Positions 1 through 11,982 are shown, counted from the first letter of the stretch. The stretch: DNA of 64,000 bases from Escherichia coli (GCF_029227855.1 NZ_CP074356.1), one strand, 5' to 3'. Program-made: numbers and translations. The notes: generated by a model from the letters alone, not told the origin.

Positions 1-234
1 ACGTAAAATCATTAGCCCGATCACCACCAGCGGCATCCACACCAGCACGGAGCGATCTGTTTTACCAAAGCCATCATCAAGAAGTGGCTTAAGGAGCGAT
101 AACATGAAGGTATCGCTGGCTGCGTTGAGGATTAACGCTACGCCCGCCACGATCAGACCCGCTTTAAAAGGCGCAATGGTTGGCCACAGTCGGCGGAATG
201 TCTGCCACGTAGAGAGATCTTTGTCGTTATGCAT
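1..234 (-). CDS. msbA: Lipid A/phospholipid flippase MsbA, N-terminal fragment (gene runs off the left edge)
   Basis: Reverse-strand frame starts with ATG at 232-234 and translates [38 protein letters not shown], the MsbA N-terminus as I recall it. Sits directly downstream of ycaI as in the ycaI-msbA-lpxK cluster. Only about 78 codons are in the window. Confidence 0.85.
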   Translation of the reverse strand, partial: MHNDKDLSTWQTFRRLWPTIAPFKAGLIVAGVALILNAASDTFMLSLLKPLLDDGFGKTDRSVLVWMPLVVIGLMILR

Positions 235-270
235 TCAAAAAACCAGCATTTGTTGAAATAGCCGCATATT

Positions 271-2535
271 CTACCCGTTATCCACTGGCACGCCAAACCA
301 CTGATGATACCAACGAGGTAAAATTTGCTCCCTGAGGCTGCTAATCCGCCAGCCTTGCGCTGAAAAATTGACCGTTATTTGCCCCTGATGAGGAGTATCA
401 AGCCACGTATAACCCTGTTGTTGATAGCGATGTTTAACTTTGCTTGAGGGCAATCGCCATGCGTTATAGCGCGATGCCGATGCGAGTGCCACTTTTCCAT
501 TCACTCGCTGAATTAATGGTAACGATGATGAGGTATTACTGCCATGATGAGGTACCTGAAGTAATGTTGCCTGCATTTGCTGCCAGTAACGGCTTAGCAT
601 CTTTTGTTCAGCAGGGGCTTCAATATCACCGGTTAGAAGAATGCTATTCGTCCCGTCATCAACCTTAACCACACAGGAATGGTTATTTCCTTTATCGTTG
701 CTACCTTGTAAAGGCCAGTGCGCGCTGAAACGCAATCCTTGCCATTGCCACGCTTCGCCACGCACACAGGGCTGATGATGTTCCCAGTTTAACGGACTTC
801 TGATCCATAACATCGGCCATATATGCAATATTGAATCCAGCCCTCCCCGGTGATCCAGATGTTCATGGCTCAGAATAACGCCTTCCGGTTCAAGATTATG
901 CCAGTGGAGCCAAGGGATAATCAGTTGTTGCCCACTATCTCCTTCAGGCCAGGCCATTCCCGTGTCATAGAGAATCGCTTTGCCGTTTCTGGCTATCACC
1001 ATTGCCAGCCCTTGCCCGACATCAAGCATGTACACTTGCCACTCGTCAGGTCGAGGTTTTTGCCACAGCGGCCAGCACATCAGCAAGCCTACAGCCACAC
1101 ACATTGCTGGCAACGTTCGCCAGGCGTTTAATCGCCATACCACCAGTAAGAACCATGGGGAAAATGTTAGCCATTGCCAACGTTCAGCAATGTTGATCCA
1201 CCCTTCCGGCAAACTCTTTAACCCCCAGAAAAGTAAAGCTAAAGACCGGTCGGCAAGAAACCATAATCCCTCTTCCAGGATTAACGGCCCGCTTAAATGC
1301 ACAACCATAGCGGCGAGGATCAACGGAACCGTGATAAATGTCACCAAGGGAATTGCAAATAGATTTGCAATAAACGAGGTCAGACTAATGCCATGAAATA
1401 TGACGATTTGCACGGGCATAAGCAGGAGGGTGATTCCCAGCTGCAGATGGATGAGGGAAACAACCGCGCGCAATACCGGCGGCAGTTGCCACTCCGGACA
1501 GGGAAACCACTGATACCAAAAAATCAGTGCCGCGACCGCAGCGGCAGAGAGCCATAAACTTTGCGAGAGAATGGCAACAGGATCCATCAGCAAAATTGCC
1601 GCCAGACAACATATCCATACATCCCAGCCACTCCACTGTCGCCCACTTAACTTAAGCATTCCCCACGTAGCAAGCGCCACCACGGTACGAAATGCAGGAG
1701 GTTGCATTCCCGTCAGCCAGGCATAAAAAGCAGCACAGCAGATTCCGCCAATTAATGGCATTTGCCAGTGGATCCAGCGCCCAGGCAGAAAAATTTGTCC
1801 ACTGCGAATGAGTCCGGCAGCCAGCAACGCCGCAAAAGCGATATGCAATCCCGATATCGCCATTAAATGCGCCGTTCCAGTATCGCGCATGATATTTTTG
1901 ATTTCTTTGGGAACGGATAACCGTTCCCCCATACCTAAACCAAGAATAACCGCATTCCACGGATAGGGTTGCAGCGTTGTTTGTAATGACGCCAGATACT
2001 GTGCACGCAGGCTACAATTCGGTTCAATGACACTTACCTGCAGAAAGCGGCCGGTCAGCGGCTGATGCTGGGCAATGGCATAACGCTGGCTATCAAAGCC
2101 GCCATCATTAAGTTGGCCATGAACTGCACGAACTTTGAGTTTCATTGACCACAGTTGCCCAGCACAAACCGCTTGCGGAAGATATTCGCCATACAGCACG
2201 AGGCCTGGCGCAGGGAATATACGTCGACCTTGTAGATGAGTAATTTGACCGTAATGAGTGGTCATACCGTCAGTAGCAGTGATCTCAACAATTGCATCCT
2301 GCGTCGCGCCAGTTAAGGTTTCTCCTGCCCACAAAATTTGCTTTGCTGCTAATATGCCCCAAACGAAAAACAGCAACGTCAGCGCGATATAACGGACAGT
2401 TTTAAAAGGGATAAATACCAGTACGCAGGCGAAGACGGTCAGAGACGCAAGGGGTAATGTCCCAGGCAATTGTGGCAAAACCAGCAACGGAAAAATTCCG
2501 CAAATTATGCATACGCCGACTGTCGTTATTTTCAT
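271..2535 (-). CDS. ycaI: ComEC/Rec2-family inner-membrane protein YcaI (cryptic competence-type DNA channel homolog)
   Basis: 780-aa ORF; polytopic membrane N-terminal part plus C-terminal metallo-beta-lactamase-like HxHxDH motif (LSHEHLDHRGG). Start trimmed to the internal Met (MKITTVGV...) to give 754 aa, the K-12 length as recalled. Confidence 0.85.
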   Translation of the reverse strand: MKITTVGVCIICGIFPLLVLPQLPGTLPLASLTVFACVLVFIPFKTVRYIALTLLFFVWGILAAKQILWAGETLTGATQDAIVEITATDGMTTHYGQITHLQGRRIFPAPGLVLYGEYLPQAVCAGQLWSMKLKVRAVHGQLNDGGFDSQRYAIAQHQPLTGRFLQVSVIEPNCSLRAQYLASLQTTLQPYPWNAVILGLGMGERLSVPKEIKNIMRDTGTAHLMAISGLHIAFAALLAAGLIRSGQIFLPGRWIHWQMPLIGGICCAAFYAWLTGMQPPAFRTVVALATWGMLKLSGRQWSGWDVWICCLAAILLMDPVAILSQSLWLSAAAVAALIFWYQWFPCPEWQLPPVLRAVVSLIHLQLGITLLLMPVQIVIFHGISLTSFIANLFAIPLVTFITVPLILAAMVVHLSGPLILEEGLWFLADRSLALLFWGLKSLPEGWINIAERWQWLTFSPWFLLVVWRLNAWRTLPAMCVAVGLLMCWPLWQKPRPDEWQVYMLDVGQGLAMVIARNGKAILYDTGMAWPEGDSGQQLIIPWLHWHNLEPEGVILSHEHLDHRGGLDSILHIWPMLWIRSPLNWEHHQPCVRGEAWQWQGLRFSAHWPLQGSNDKGNNHSCVVKVDDGTNSILLTGDIEAPAEQKMLSRYWQQMQATLLQVPHHGSNTSSSLPLIQRVNGKVALASASRYNAWRLPSSKVKHRYQQQGYTWLDTPHQGQITVNFSAQGWRISSLREQILPRWYHQWFGVPVDNG

Positions 2536-2741
2536 GCACCCCTCCCTGTTTATGGAAAGTGTGCAACTTTGTTGAGCGGTTGTCTGGTGGGAATTTTGCG
2601 TTCCCCGAGGCACGTTCAGAAGAATTTAACGAGAGGGTGAAAACTGCTCAAAACTCTGCGAGGCAGCTTCCAGTTCCAGATTAGAGAAATGAAAAAAGCA
2701 CCCGACAGGTGCTTTTCTCGCGTTCAAGTTTGAGTAAAAAC

Positions 2742-3026
2742 TTAACCGTAAATATTGGCGCGATCGCGCAGTTCTTTACCTGGTTTAAAGTGAGGAACGT
2801 ATTTTCCTTCCAGTTCTACTTTATCGCCAGTCTTCGGATTACGTCCGGTACGTGGTGCGCGGTAGTGCAAAGAGAAACTGCCGAAACCGCGGATTTCAAT
2901 ACGCTCGCCCTGCGCAAGAGTCGAGGCCATATGCTCCAGCATCTCTTTTACTGCATCTTCAACCGTCTTGGCGGGAATGTGCGATTGCTGGGTGGCAAGT
3001 CTTTCTATCAATTCTGACTTGGTCAT
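2742..3026 (-). CDS. ihfB: Integration host factor beta subunit
   Basis: 94-aa translation [11 protein letters not shown]...[12 protein letters not shown] is the IHF-beta sequence; position downstream of rpsA. Confidence 0.97.
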
Positions 3027-3185
3027 GATTCCTCCGGTTCCTTAAAGGCAAATTAAGCGGCTGCTGTTGCTGCATTGATTAAGGGCGGCCGTAGCCGCCC
3101 TTAGTGCTTGATTACAGGACGAAACCTGCAATCTGTCAAGTAAACTCAACAAACTTCGGAATAAAAATCCCGAAGAGTCAGAGAA

Positions 3186-4859
3186 TTACTCGCCTTTAGC
3201 TGCTTTGAAAGCTTCAGCCATTGCGTTGTTGGAGAAGTTTGCATCTTCCTGTTTGTTAACAGTTGCGATTGCATCTTTCTCGTCAGCTTCGTCTTTCGCA
3301 CGAACAGACAGGCTGATTGCGCGGTTTTTACGATCAACGCCGGTGAATTTAGCTTCAACTTCGTCGCCAACGCTCAGAACCAGGGTAGCGTCTTCAACGC
3401 GGTCACGGGATGCTTCAGAAGCACGCAGGTAACCTTCAACGCCGTCAGCCAGTTCTACGGTTGCGCCTTTAGCGTCAACTGCAGTTACTTTACCGGTTAC
3501 GATAGCGCCTTTCTTGTTCAGAGCAACCCAGTTGTTGAACGGATCTTCTGCGAGCTGTTTAACGCCCAGGGAGATACGTTCACGTTCTGCGTCAACCTGC
3601 AGAACAACTGCAGCGATTTCGTCGCCTTTTTTGTATTCACGAACTGCTTCTTCGCCTGCAACGTTCCAGGAGATGTCAGACAGGTGAACCAGGCCGTCGA
3701 TGCCGCCGTCCAGGCCGATGAAGATACCGAAGTCAGTGATAGACTTGATTTTACCTTCAACACGGTCACCCTTGTTGTGGGTTTCCGCGAACTGCTGCCA
3801 CGGGTTAGCTTTGCACTGTTTCAGACCCAGGGAGATACGACGACGTTCTTCGTCGATATCCAGAACCATAACTTCCACTACATCGCCAACGTTAACAACT
3901 TTGGACGGGTGGATGTTTTTGTTGGTCCAATCCATTTCGGAAACGTGTACCAGGCCTTCAACGCCTTCTTCGATTTCAACGAAGCAGCCGTAGTCGGTCA
4001 GGTTGGTCACGCGACCAGTCAGTTTGGTACCTTCCGGATAACGTTTAGCGATAGCTACCCACGGATCTTCGCCCAGCTGTTTCAGGCCCAGGGATACACG
4101 GGTACGTTCGCGGTCGAACTTCAGCACTTTAACAGTGATTTCGTCGCCCACGTTGACGATTTCGCTCGGATGCTTAACGCGTTTCCAGGCCATATCAGTG
4201 ATGTGCAGCAGGCCGTCAACGCCGCCCAGATCAACGAATGCACCGTAGTCAGTGAGGTTCTTAACGATACCTTTAACTTCCATGCCTTCCTGCAGGTTTT
4301 CCAGCAGCTGATCGCGCTCTGCGCTGTTTTCGGATTCGATAACGGCACGACGAGAAACAACAACGTTGTTGCGCTTCTGATCCAGCTTGATTACTTTGAA
4401 TTCAAGCTCTTTGCCTTCCAGGTGCAGAGTGTCACGCACCGGACGAACGTCTACCAGAGAACCTGGCAGGAACGCACGAATACCGTTCAGCTCAACAGTG
4501 AAGCCGCCCTTAACTTTGCCGTTGATAACACCGGTAACAGTTTCAGCATCTTCGTAAGCTTTTTCCAGCGTGATCCAGGCTTCGTGACGTTTAGCTTTCT
4601 CACGGGACAGCAGAGTTTCACCGAAGCCGTCTTCTACTGCGTCCAGAGCAACGTCAACTTCGTCACCTACCTGGATTTCCAGCTCGCCCTGGGCGTTTTT
4701 GAACTGCTCAGCCGGGATGGCGGACTCAGATTTCAGACCAGCGTCAACCAGTACTACGTCTTTGTCGATAGCAACAACAACGCCACGAACGATAGAACCC
4801 GGGCGGGTTTCGATTTCTTTTAAGGACTCTTCAAAGAGTTGAGCAAAAGATTCAGTCAT
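3186..4859 (-). CDS. rpsA: 30S ribosomal protein S1
   Basis: 557-aa ORF with repeated S1 domains, N-terminus [16 protein letters not shown]; cmk-rpsA-ihfB order. Confidence 0.98.
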
Positions 4860-4969
4860 GTTTAATCTTCAGGTTTATATTTAACGTCCACCTGGCTCCA
4901 TGCCGGATGGGGTTGTTTAACATACCCGCTGTCATTCCATTGCAACGGGGGTACTGCAAATTCGGTCGC

Positions 4970-5653
4970 TTATGCGAGAGCCAATTTCTGGCGCGCGTAT
5001 TGTAGCGCTTTTTCAATCACTTGCTCAATGCTTAAGGTGGTGGAATCCAACACTAAAGCATCGGCTGCCGGAACCAGTGGCGCTACCGCTCGGTTACGAT
5101 CGCGGTCGTCGCGTTCTTTGATCTCGGCCAAAAGGCGCTCAAAGTTAACACTAAAGCCCTTCTCCTGCAACTGTAGCATGCGGCGATGCGCACGTTCTTC
5201 CGAGGAGGCGTCAAGGAAAATTTTCACTGGCGCATCAGGGAATACCACCGTTCCCATATCGCGGCCATCGGCAATCAAGCCTGGTAATTCGCGAAACGCG
5301 CGTTGGCGACGCAATAATGCTTCACGAACGCGTGGGAATGCCGCGACTTGTGAAGCAGCATTCGCCACTTCCTGAGTACGAATTTCGCCGCTGACATCTT
5401 CCCCTTCGAGGATCACTTCCAGATTGCCATTGGTCGACACAAAACGTACATCCAGATGGGATGCCAGCGGCACGAGCGCATCTTCCGATGCAACATCAAC
5501 ATGGTGATGTAATGCCGCCAGTGCCAGTACGCGATAAATTGCACCCGAGTCCAGCAGATGCCATTGCAACGCTTCCGCCATAGCCTTACACAAGGTGCCT
5601 TTCCCTGCACCGCTTGGGCCATCAATGGTAATAACCGGGGCAATTGCCGTCAT
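4970..5653 (-). CDS. cmk: Cytidylate kinase
   Basis: 227-aa ORF with P-loop GPSGAGKGT near the N-terminus; immediately upstream of rpsA. Confidence 0.96.
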
Positions 5654-5825
5654 CTTTATCTCCTTAAAACAGGCGTACCGTTAACATAACCGCGCGCATT
5701 ATACGCGCCGACGCCACAAATCGTTAACGTTGTGTGCAAAAACCAGTTTTGTCTGTATTCAGATGGGGATTTATTGCGCAATTATAGCGGGCTGGCAGAA
5801 GACCAGCCCGAAAGATGACAATGAT

Positions 5826-6590
5826 TTACTTACCAGAGGCGATACGATCACGGATGTGTTGCGCACGCTCTGTTGATGGTGGGTGAGAGTCAAACATGGA
5901 CTGGGTACGACCGCCATCCAGGCTGGCCAATTTTTCAAAGCTGCCAACCAGCCCCTGGGTGCTGATGCCACGTTTCTTCAACAGATCAAAGGAGAAATCA
6001 TCTGCTTCGGACTCTTTATCGCGGGAGTATTTAGCATTGATCGCGCCTTCTGCGATATCACCTAATTGTGAGCGGGAAAGCTGGGAAGCCACACCGCTGG
6101 TAGCGGAAATCGCATCACGTGCGGCAACGATCGCATAAGAAGCTTTCATTTCAGCCAGCGAGTGACCCAACGCGACGTGGCCCAGTTCATGACCCAGAAC
6201 GCCTTCAATTTCGTTGTCGTTCATCATGTCCATCAGGCCACTGTAGACACGAACACAGCCGTTCGCCATCGCCCATGCGTTGACGTCGCTGGTCATATAA
6301 ACCTTATAGTTGACCGGCGTGCCATTAATATTGTTACCCAATGCTTTGGCGATTTTTGCCAGACGTTTACCGTACTTGCTGGATTTACTTGCGACTTGAT
6401 TGCCGCGGTCCATTTCGGCACAGCCCTGATTGGCAATCGCTTTTGCATCAGCATCGCTTAACGTTGCTGCTTTATAGGCATTTAAACCTGAGCTGATAGC
6501 CATATTGGTATCAATACCGTGGGTATTTTGACACCCTGTCAGTAATGCTGCAGAGGCCGCAATCGCCAGCAGTAATTTAGTATTCTTCAT
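5826..6590 (-). CDS. loiP: Outer-membrane lipoprotein metalloprotease LoiP/YcaL (M48 family)
   Basis: Lipoprotein signal with LTGC lipobox and HELGH zinc motif; start trimmed to MKNTKLLLAIA (254 aa) rather than the longest ORF. Confidence 0.9.
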   Translation of the reverse strand: MKNTKLLLAIAASAALLTGCQNTHGIDTNMAISSGLNAYKAATLSDADAKAIANQGCAEMDRGNQVASKSSKYGKRLAKIAKALGNNINGTPVNYKVYMTSDVNAWAMANGCVRVYSGLMDMMNDNEIEGVLGHELGHVALGHSLAEMKASYAIVAARDAISATSGVASQLSRSQLGDIAEGAINAKYSRDKESEADDFSFDLLKKRGISTQGLVGSFEKLASLDGGRTQSMFDSHPPSTERAQHIRDRIASGK

Positions 6591-6758
6591 GTGAATCATC
6601 CGTTGATTAATCATATATAAATATTATGTATCAATAACTTACATTGACAAACGACGCTACCATTAATCAAAATGACTCACAAGGTCCGAAAAAAAACGCC
6701 GGCAATGTGCCGACGTTTTGATAAAGAAAGATTTGGCTATTTATTGCACGTTGTTCAT

Positions 6759-8042
6759 TCAGGCTGCCTGGCTAATCCGCGCCAGCTGCTCGAAATAATC
6801 CGGAAATGTTTTGGCCGTGCATTTGGGATCAAGAATCGTCACTGGTGTATCTGACAACGCCACCAGCGAGAAACACATCGCCATCCGGTGATCATTGTAT
6901 GTTGCGATCTCGGCAAAGTTCAGTTTTTCCGGTGGAGTGATACGAATGTAATCGTGCCCCTCTTCTACTTCCGCACCAACTTTACGCAGTTCTGTTGCCA
7001 TCGCAAACAGGCGATCGGTCTCTTTAACACGCCAGTTATAGATATTGCGCAGCGTGGTGGTGCCTTTTGCAAATAACGCCGCCGTGGCAATGGTCATCGC
7101 CGCATCAGGAATATGGTTCATATCCATATCAATAGCGTTCAGTTCACCCCGCGTGCAGGAAATATAATCATCGCCCCAGCAAATGGTCGCGCCCATTTTT
7201 TCCAGCACATCAGCAAAGCGAATATCACCCTGCATACTGTTGCGTCCAATGCCGGTCACTTTTACAGTGCCGCCTTTGATTGCTGCTGCTGCCAGGAAGT
7301 AAGAAGCCGAAGATGCATCGCCTTCGACCAAATAAGTACCCGGAGACTGATAAGACTGCCCGCCTTTTACGACAAATTGTTGATAGTGCTGATTTTCAAT
7401 TTCAACACCAAACGTCTTCATCAGATTGAGTGTGATGTCGATATAAGGTTTAGAAACCAGATCGCCTTTAATACGAATCACCGTATCTTCCGGTGCAAGA
7501 GGCGCAGTCATTAACAGTGCGGTGAGGAACTGGCTGGAAACGGAGCCATCAACGTCAACGTTGCCGCCAGTAAAGCCGCCCTGTAAACGCAATGGTGGAT
7601 AATTTTCTTGTTCCAGGTAAGTGATCTTCGCCCCGCCCAGGCGCAGCGCATCCACCAGATGACCAATCGGGCGCTCTTTCATACGCGGCTCACCAGTCAG
7701 CACAATATCATTGCTACCCAGACAAAGAGCTGCCGCCAGCGGGCGCATTGCCGTTCCGGCGTTTCCGAGGAACAACTCCAGGGCACCTTCTGCGTGTAAT
7801 GGACCGCCGTTACCGATAATTTCGCAACGCGTACGATCAGCTGAAAGCGTATAGCTTACCCCTAACGCTGCTAATGCATTCAGCATATGGCGCACGTCAT
7901 CGCTATCCAGCAGATTGGTTAATACTGTTTTGCCGTGTGCTAATGCCGCCAGCAATAAAGCGCGGTTAGAAACGCTCTTGGAACCGGGCAGATTAATAGT
8001 GCCATCGACACGAGCGATGGGTTGTAACGTCAGGGATTCCAT
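6759..8042 (-). CDS. aroA: 3-phosphoshikimate 1-carboxyvinyltransferase (EPSP synthase)
   Basis: 427-aa [27 protein letters not shown]-terminus typical of AroA; serC-aroA operon order. Confidence 0.97.
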   Translation of the reverse strand: MESLTLQPIARVDGTINLPGSKSVSNRALLLAALAHGKTVLTNLLDSDDVRHMLNALAALGVSYTLSADRTRCEIIGNGGPLHAEGALELFLGNAGTAMRPLAAALCLGSNDIVLTGEPRMKERPIGHLVDALRLGGAKITYLEQENYPPLRLQGGFTGGNVDVDGSVSSQFLTALLMTAPLAPEDTVIRIKGDLVSKPYIDITLNLMKTFGVEIENQHYQQFVVKGGQSYQSPGTYLVEGDASSASYFLAAAAIKGGTVKVTGIGRNSMQGDIRFADVLEKMGATICWGDDYISCTRGELNAIDMDMNHIPDAAMTIATAALFAKGTTTLRNIYNWRVKETDRLFAMATELRKVGAEVEEGHDYIRITPPEKLNFAEIATYNDHRMAMCFSLVALSDTPVTILDPKCTAKTFPDYFEQLARISQAA

Positions 8043-8112
8043 GAACTCAACTCTCTACAACAGAAATAAAAACCCCACAGGCTGGCTGTGGGGATTAAGC
8101 AAAATTTCGGCA

Positions 8113-9201
8113 TTAGCCGTGACGGCGTTCGAACTCAACCATGAAGTCTGTCAGCGCTTTAACGCCTTCCAGCGGCATGGCGTTATAAATAGACGCGCGC
8201 ATTCCGCCGACCACACGGTGACCTTTCAGCGCATGAAGGCCAGCAGCAAAAGACTCTTCAAGGAACAATTTGTCAAGCGCACTGTCCGCCAACTGGAACG
8301 GCACGTTCATCCGCGAACGGTTAGCTTTCGCCACGTCATTGCGGTAGAAATCGCTGTTATCAATCACCCCATACAGCAGTTCTGCTTTTTGCTGATTGAT
8401 TTTATCCATTTCAGCTACACCGCCGTTCGCTTTCAGCCATTTAAAGACCAGACCAGACAGATACCAGGCAAATGTCGGCGGCGTGTTAAACATGGAGCCG
8501 TTATCGTTGAGGATGGAATAATCCAGAATCGACGGACACGCGATATTCGCTTTGCCCAGCAAATCTTCACGAACGATGACGATTGTCAGGCCTGCCGGGC
8601 CGATATTTTTCTGCGCGCCAGCGTAAATTACACCATAACGGCTGACGTCAATCGGACGGGAAAGAATGGTTGAAGAGAAGTCGGCGGCGACCACCACATC
8701 TTTGCCGAAGTCTGGCGTTTCGTCGATAGCGATACCGTCGATGGTTTCATTCGGGCAGTAATGCATATAAGCAGCATTATCAGAGAGTTGCCATTCGCGC
8801 ATTGGCTTAACCGCGCGCAGACCATCAACAGTCACTTTGGCGTCGAAGACATTAGGCGTGCAATATTTTTTCGCTTCTTTAATGGCACTTGCCGCCCAGT
8901 AACCGGCATCAACATAATCTGCGGTGGTTTTATCACCGAGAATATTCAGCGGAACAGCAGCAAACTGACCGCGACCGCCGCCATGGCAGAACAATACCTT
9001 GTAGTTGGAGGGGACATTAAGAAGATCGCGAAAATCCTTCTCGGCTTCCTCTGCAACCTGAATGAACTCTTTGCCACGGTGACTCACTTCCATCACCGAC
9101 GTACCAAGACCGTTCCAGTCGCGCAGTTCCTGTTGAGCCTGTTTAAGCACCTCTGCCGGTAGCATTGCCGGACCAGAACTAAAATTGAAGATTTGAGCCA
9201 T
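8113..9201 (-). CDS. serC: Phosphoserine aminotransferase
   Basis: 362-aa [19 protein letters not shown]-terminus; upstream of aroA. Confidence 0.97.
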
Positions 9202-9399
9202 TTCCCCTCACCACGTTGCGTTGCTATTAACCCGCGGTCAATCGATTGCGACCACAGGTAATACATTATTCCTGTGGCTATCGGTTTTATCATTCAGTGA
9301 CACACATCGCAATGAGTAAAACCGTTGAGGGCAAAAATGTGGCTTGCATCACACAAAAGAATCTCTTGGATTATTAGCAAAAAGCCGATGTTTTTACTG

Positions 9400-10092
9400 T
9401 CACGTCACCCGTTTTGCCCGACTTGCCTTCGTCCATTCTGGATTTGCACAGCGCGGACATAATTGTTTTTCCCCCGCGTTCATATGAATGATTTCACTGC
9501 AACGAATGCAGGCATAGTCCGCCGACTCGGGTACCACTTTGTAACGCTGAGTACAGTCACTGGGTAAAATAAGTAAGCCCGGTTTCACCTTGTCATCTTC
9601 AAAGAAATAGACACTGATTTGCCCGTTGGTTTCGAGAATCGCCAGACGTACTTGCCCCAACTGCTCTACACCGCGCAATCGTAGCTCCATAAAGAACTCA
9701 AATTCCGTCATGTTGGAGTTATTGAGTTTCGACCAGGCCAGCTCGCCATCTTCAATAATGACAACCGGCTTACCTTCCAGAAGATCTTCCAGTTTTTCAC
9801 TGTGTGCCATCAACCACATTACCAGGCGGTATAACAACGCCAGAGTAATAAAGACGATAAGTACCGGGACCATCGGCACATCATCATAAAACGCCACATC
9901 TCCCGCCGCTGATCCCAGCGTCAGAATGATTAACACTTCAAAAAGCGACATCTGCCGCACACCGCGTCTTCCGGTCATTTTGAGGAACAAAAAAACCAGT
10001 ACAAAGGTATAAAGACTACGTAGTGCCACTTCGCCAAGGAAATCAAAAGGCACTTTATCAAATGCCATACGGTGGAGATCAAACGCCTTCAT
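9400..10092 (-). CDS. ycaP: DUF421-family inner-membrane protein YcaP
   Basis: 230-aa ORF with N-terminal transmembrane segments; position between serC and ycaO matches K-12. Confidence 0.85.
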   Translation of the reverse strand: MKAFDLHRMAFDKVPFDFLGEVALRSLYTFVLVFLFLKMTGRRGVRQMSLFEVLIILTLGSAAGDVAFYDDVPMVPVLIVFITLALLYRLVMWLMAHSEKLEDLLEGKPVVIIEDGELAWSKLNNSNMTEFEFFMELRLRGVEQLGQVRLAILETNGQISVYFFEDDKVKPGLLILPSDCTQRYKVVPESADYACIRCSEIIHMNAGEKQLCPRCANPEWTKASRAKRVT

Positions 10093-10221
10093 TTTTATGC
10101 TCTTATCGTGGTTTATCCACTAAAAGCATAGTCAACAGTTCATCGGCATGGCGGCGGTGATAGCGCCTTTGAGATAAAACCCGTATTATTGCGCGCTTTC
10201 CGTACGACTAAAGTGATTTTC

Positions 10222-11982
10222 ATGACGCAAACATTTATCCCCGGCAAAGATGCCGCACTGGAAGATTCCATCGCTCGCTTCCAGCAAAAACTTTCAGACC
10301 TCGGCTTTCAGATTGAAGAGGCCTCCTGGCTGAATCCGGTGCCTAACGTCTGGTCTGTACATATTCGCGACAAAGAGTGCGCACTGTGTTTTACCAACGG
10401 TAAAGGCGCAACCAAAAAAGCGGCGCTGGCTTCTGCACTCGGTGAATATTTCGAGCGTCTCTCAACCAACTACTTTTTTGCTGATTTCTGGCTGGGCGAA
10501 ACCATCGCCAACGGTCCGTTCGTGCATTATCCCAACGAAAAATGGTTCCCACTGAGCGAAAATGACGATGTGCCAGAAGGGCTGCTCGATGACCGTCTGC
10601 GCGCATTTTACGATCCGGAGAATGAATTGACCGGCAGTATGCTGATTGACCTGCAATCCGGTAACGAAGATCGTGGTATTTGCGGTCTGCCGTTTACGCG
10701 CCAGTCCGACAATCAGACCGTTTATATTCCGATGAATATCATTGGTAACCTGTACGTTTCTAACGGTATGTCCGCTGGCAATACCCGCAACGAAGCACGC
10801 GTTCAGGGGTTGTCCGAAGTTTTCGAACGCTACGTGAAAAACCGCATTATTGCTGAAAGCATCAGCTTGCCGGAAATCCCGGCAGACGTGCTGGCGCGTT
10901 ACCCAGCGGTGGTTGAAGCCATCGAAACGCTGGAAGCAGAAGGTTTCCCAATCTTTGCTTATGATGGTTCGCTTGGCGGCCAGTATCCGGTGATTTGCGT
11001 GGTACTGTTTAATCCTGCTAACGGCACCTGCTTTGCCTCTTTCGGTGCGCATCCTGATTTTGGCGTAGCACTGGAACGTACCGTGACCGAGCTGCTGCAA
11101 GGTCGTGGCCTGAAAGATTTGGATGTGTTTACTCCGCCAACCTTCGATGATGAAGAAGTTGCTGAACATACCAACCTCGAAACGCACTTTATCGATTCCA
11201 GCGGCTTAATCTCCTGGGACCTGTTCAAGCAGGATGCCGATTATCCGTTTGTGGACTGGAATTTCTCCGGCACCACGGAGGAAGAGTTTGCTACGCTGAT
11301 GGCTATCTTCAACAAAGAAGATAAAGAAGTTTATATTGCCGATTACGAGCATCTGGGCGTTTATGCTTGCCGAATTATCGTGCCTGGCATGTCCGATATT
11401 TATCCGGCTGAAGATCTGTGGCTGGCGAATAACAGTATGGGCAGCCATTTACGTGAAACGATTCTTTCGTTACCAGGCAGCGAGTGGGAAAAAGAAGATT
11501 ACCTGAACCTCATCGAGCAACTGGATGAAGAAGGTTTTGATGACTTTACCCGCGTGCGTGAGCTGTTGGGTCTGGCGACCGGGTCGGATAACGGTTGGTA
11601 CACCCTGCGTATCGGTGAATTAAAAGCCATGCTGGCGCTGGCTGGTGGCGATCTGGAACAGGCTCTGGTCTGGACCGAATGGACGATGGAGTTTAACTCA
11701 TCAGTATTTAGTCCGGAACGCGCCAACTATTATCGCTGCCTGCAAACGTTGTTATTACTGGCGCAGGAAGAAGATCGCCAGCCGCTGCAATATTTGAATG
11801 CGTTTGTTCGCATGTACGGCGCAGATGCCGTGGAAGCCGCCAGTGCGGCAATGAGCGGCGAAGCGGCGTTTTATGGCTTGCAACCAGTAGATAGCGATCT
11901 GCACGCGTTTGCAGCACATCAGTCGTTGTTGAAGGCCTACGAAAAGCTGCAGCGCGCCAAAGCAGCATTCTGGGCAAAATAA
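10222..11982 (+). CDS. ycaO: YcaO-domain protein (founding member of the YcaO ATP-dependent amide-activating superfamily)
   Basis: 597-aa ORF trimmed to MTQTFIPGKD (586 aa); location upstream of focA-pflB. Confidence 0.93.
   Translation: MTQTFIPGKDAALEDSIARFQQKLSDLGFQIEEASWLNPVPNVWSVHIRDKECALCFTNGKGATKKAALASALGEYFERLSTNYFFADFWLGETIANGPFVHYPNEKWFPLSENDDVPEGLLDDRLRAFYDPENELTGSMLIDLQSGNEDRGICGLPFTRQSDNQTVYIPMNIIGNLYVSNGMSAGNTRNEARVQGLSEVFERYVKNRIIAESISLPEIPADVLARYPAVVEAIETLEAEGFPIFAYDGSLGGQYPVICVVLFNPANGTCFASFGAHPDFGVALERTVTELLQGRGLKDLDVFTPPTFDDEEVAEHTNLETHFIDSSGLISWDLFKQDADYPFVDWNFSGTTEEEFATLMAIFNKEDKEVYIADYEHLGVYACRIIVPGMSDIYPAEDLWLANNSMGSHLRETILSLPGSEWEKEDYLNLIEQLDEEGFDDFTRVRELLGLATGSDNGWYTLRIGELKAMLALAGGDLEQALVWTEWTMEFNSSVFSPERANYYRCLQTLLLLAQEEDRQPLQYLNAFVRMYGADAVEAASAAMSGEAAFYGLQPVDSDLHAFAAHQSLLKAYEKLQRAKAAFWAK

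Noticed and set aside
3684-4823. 379-aa plus-strand ORF inside rpsA
   Set aside because: Same antisense-frame artefact within a highly expressed ribosomal protein gene; low-complexity translation with no recognisable family.
7915-8673. 252-aa plus-strand ORF spanning the aroA start and serC 3' end
   Set aside because: Crosses the boundary of two confidently identified minus-strand genes; antisense artefact.
10462-11228. 241-aa and 89-aa minus-strand ORFs inside ycaO
   Set aside because: Antisense to ycaO with no supporting signals.
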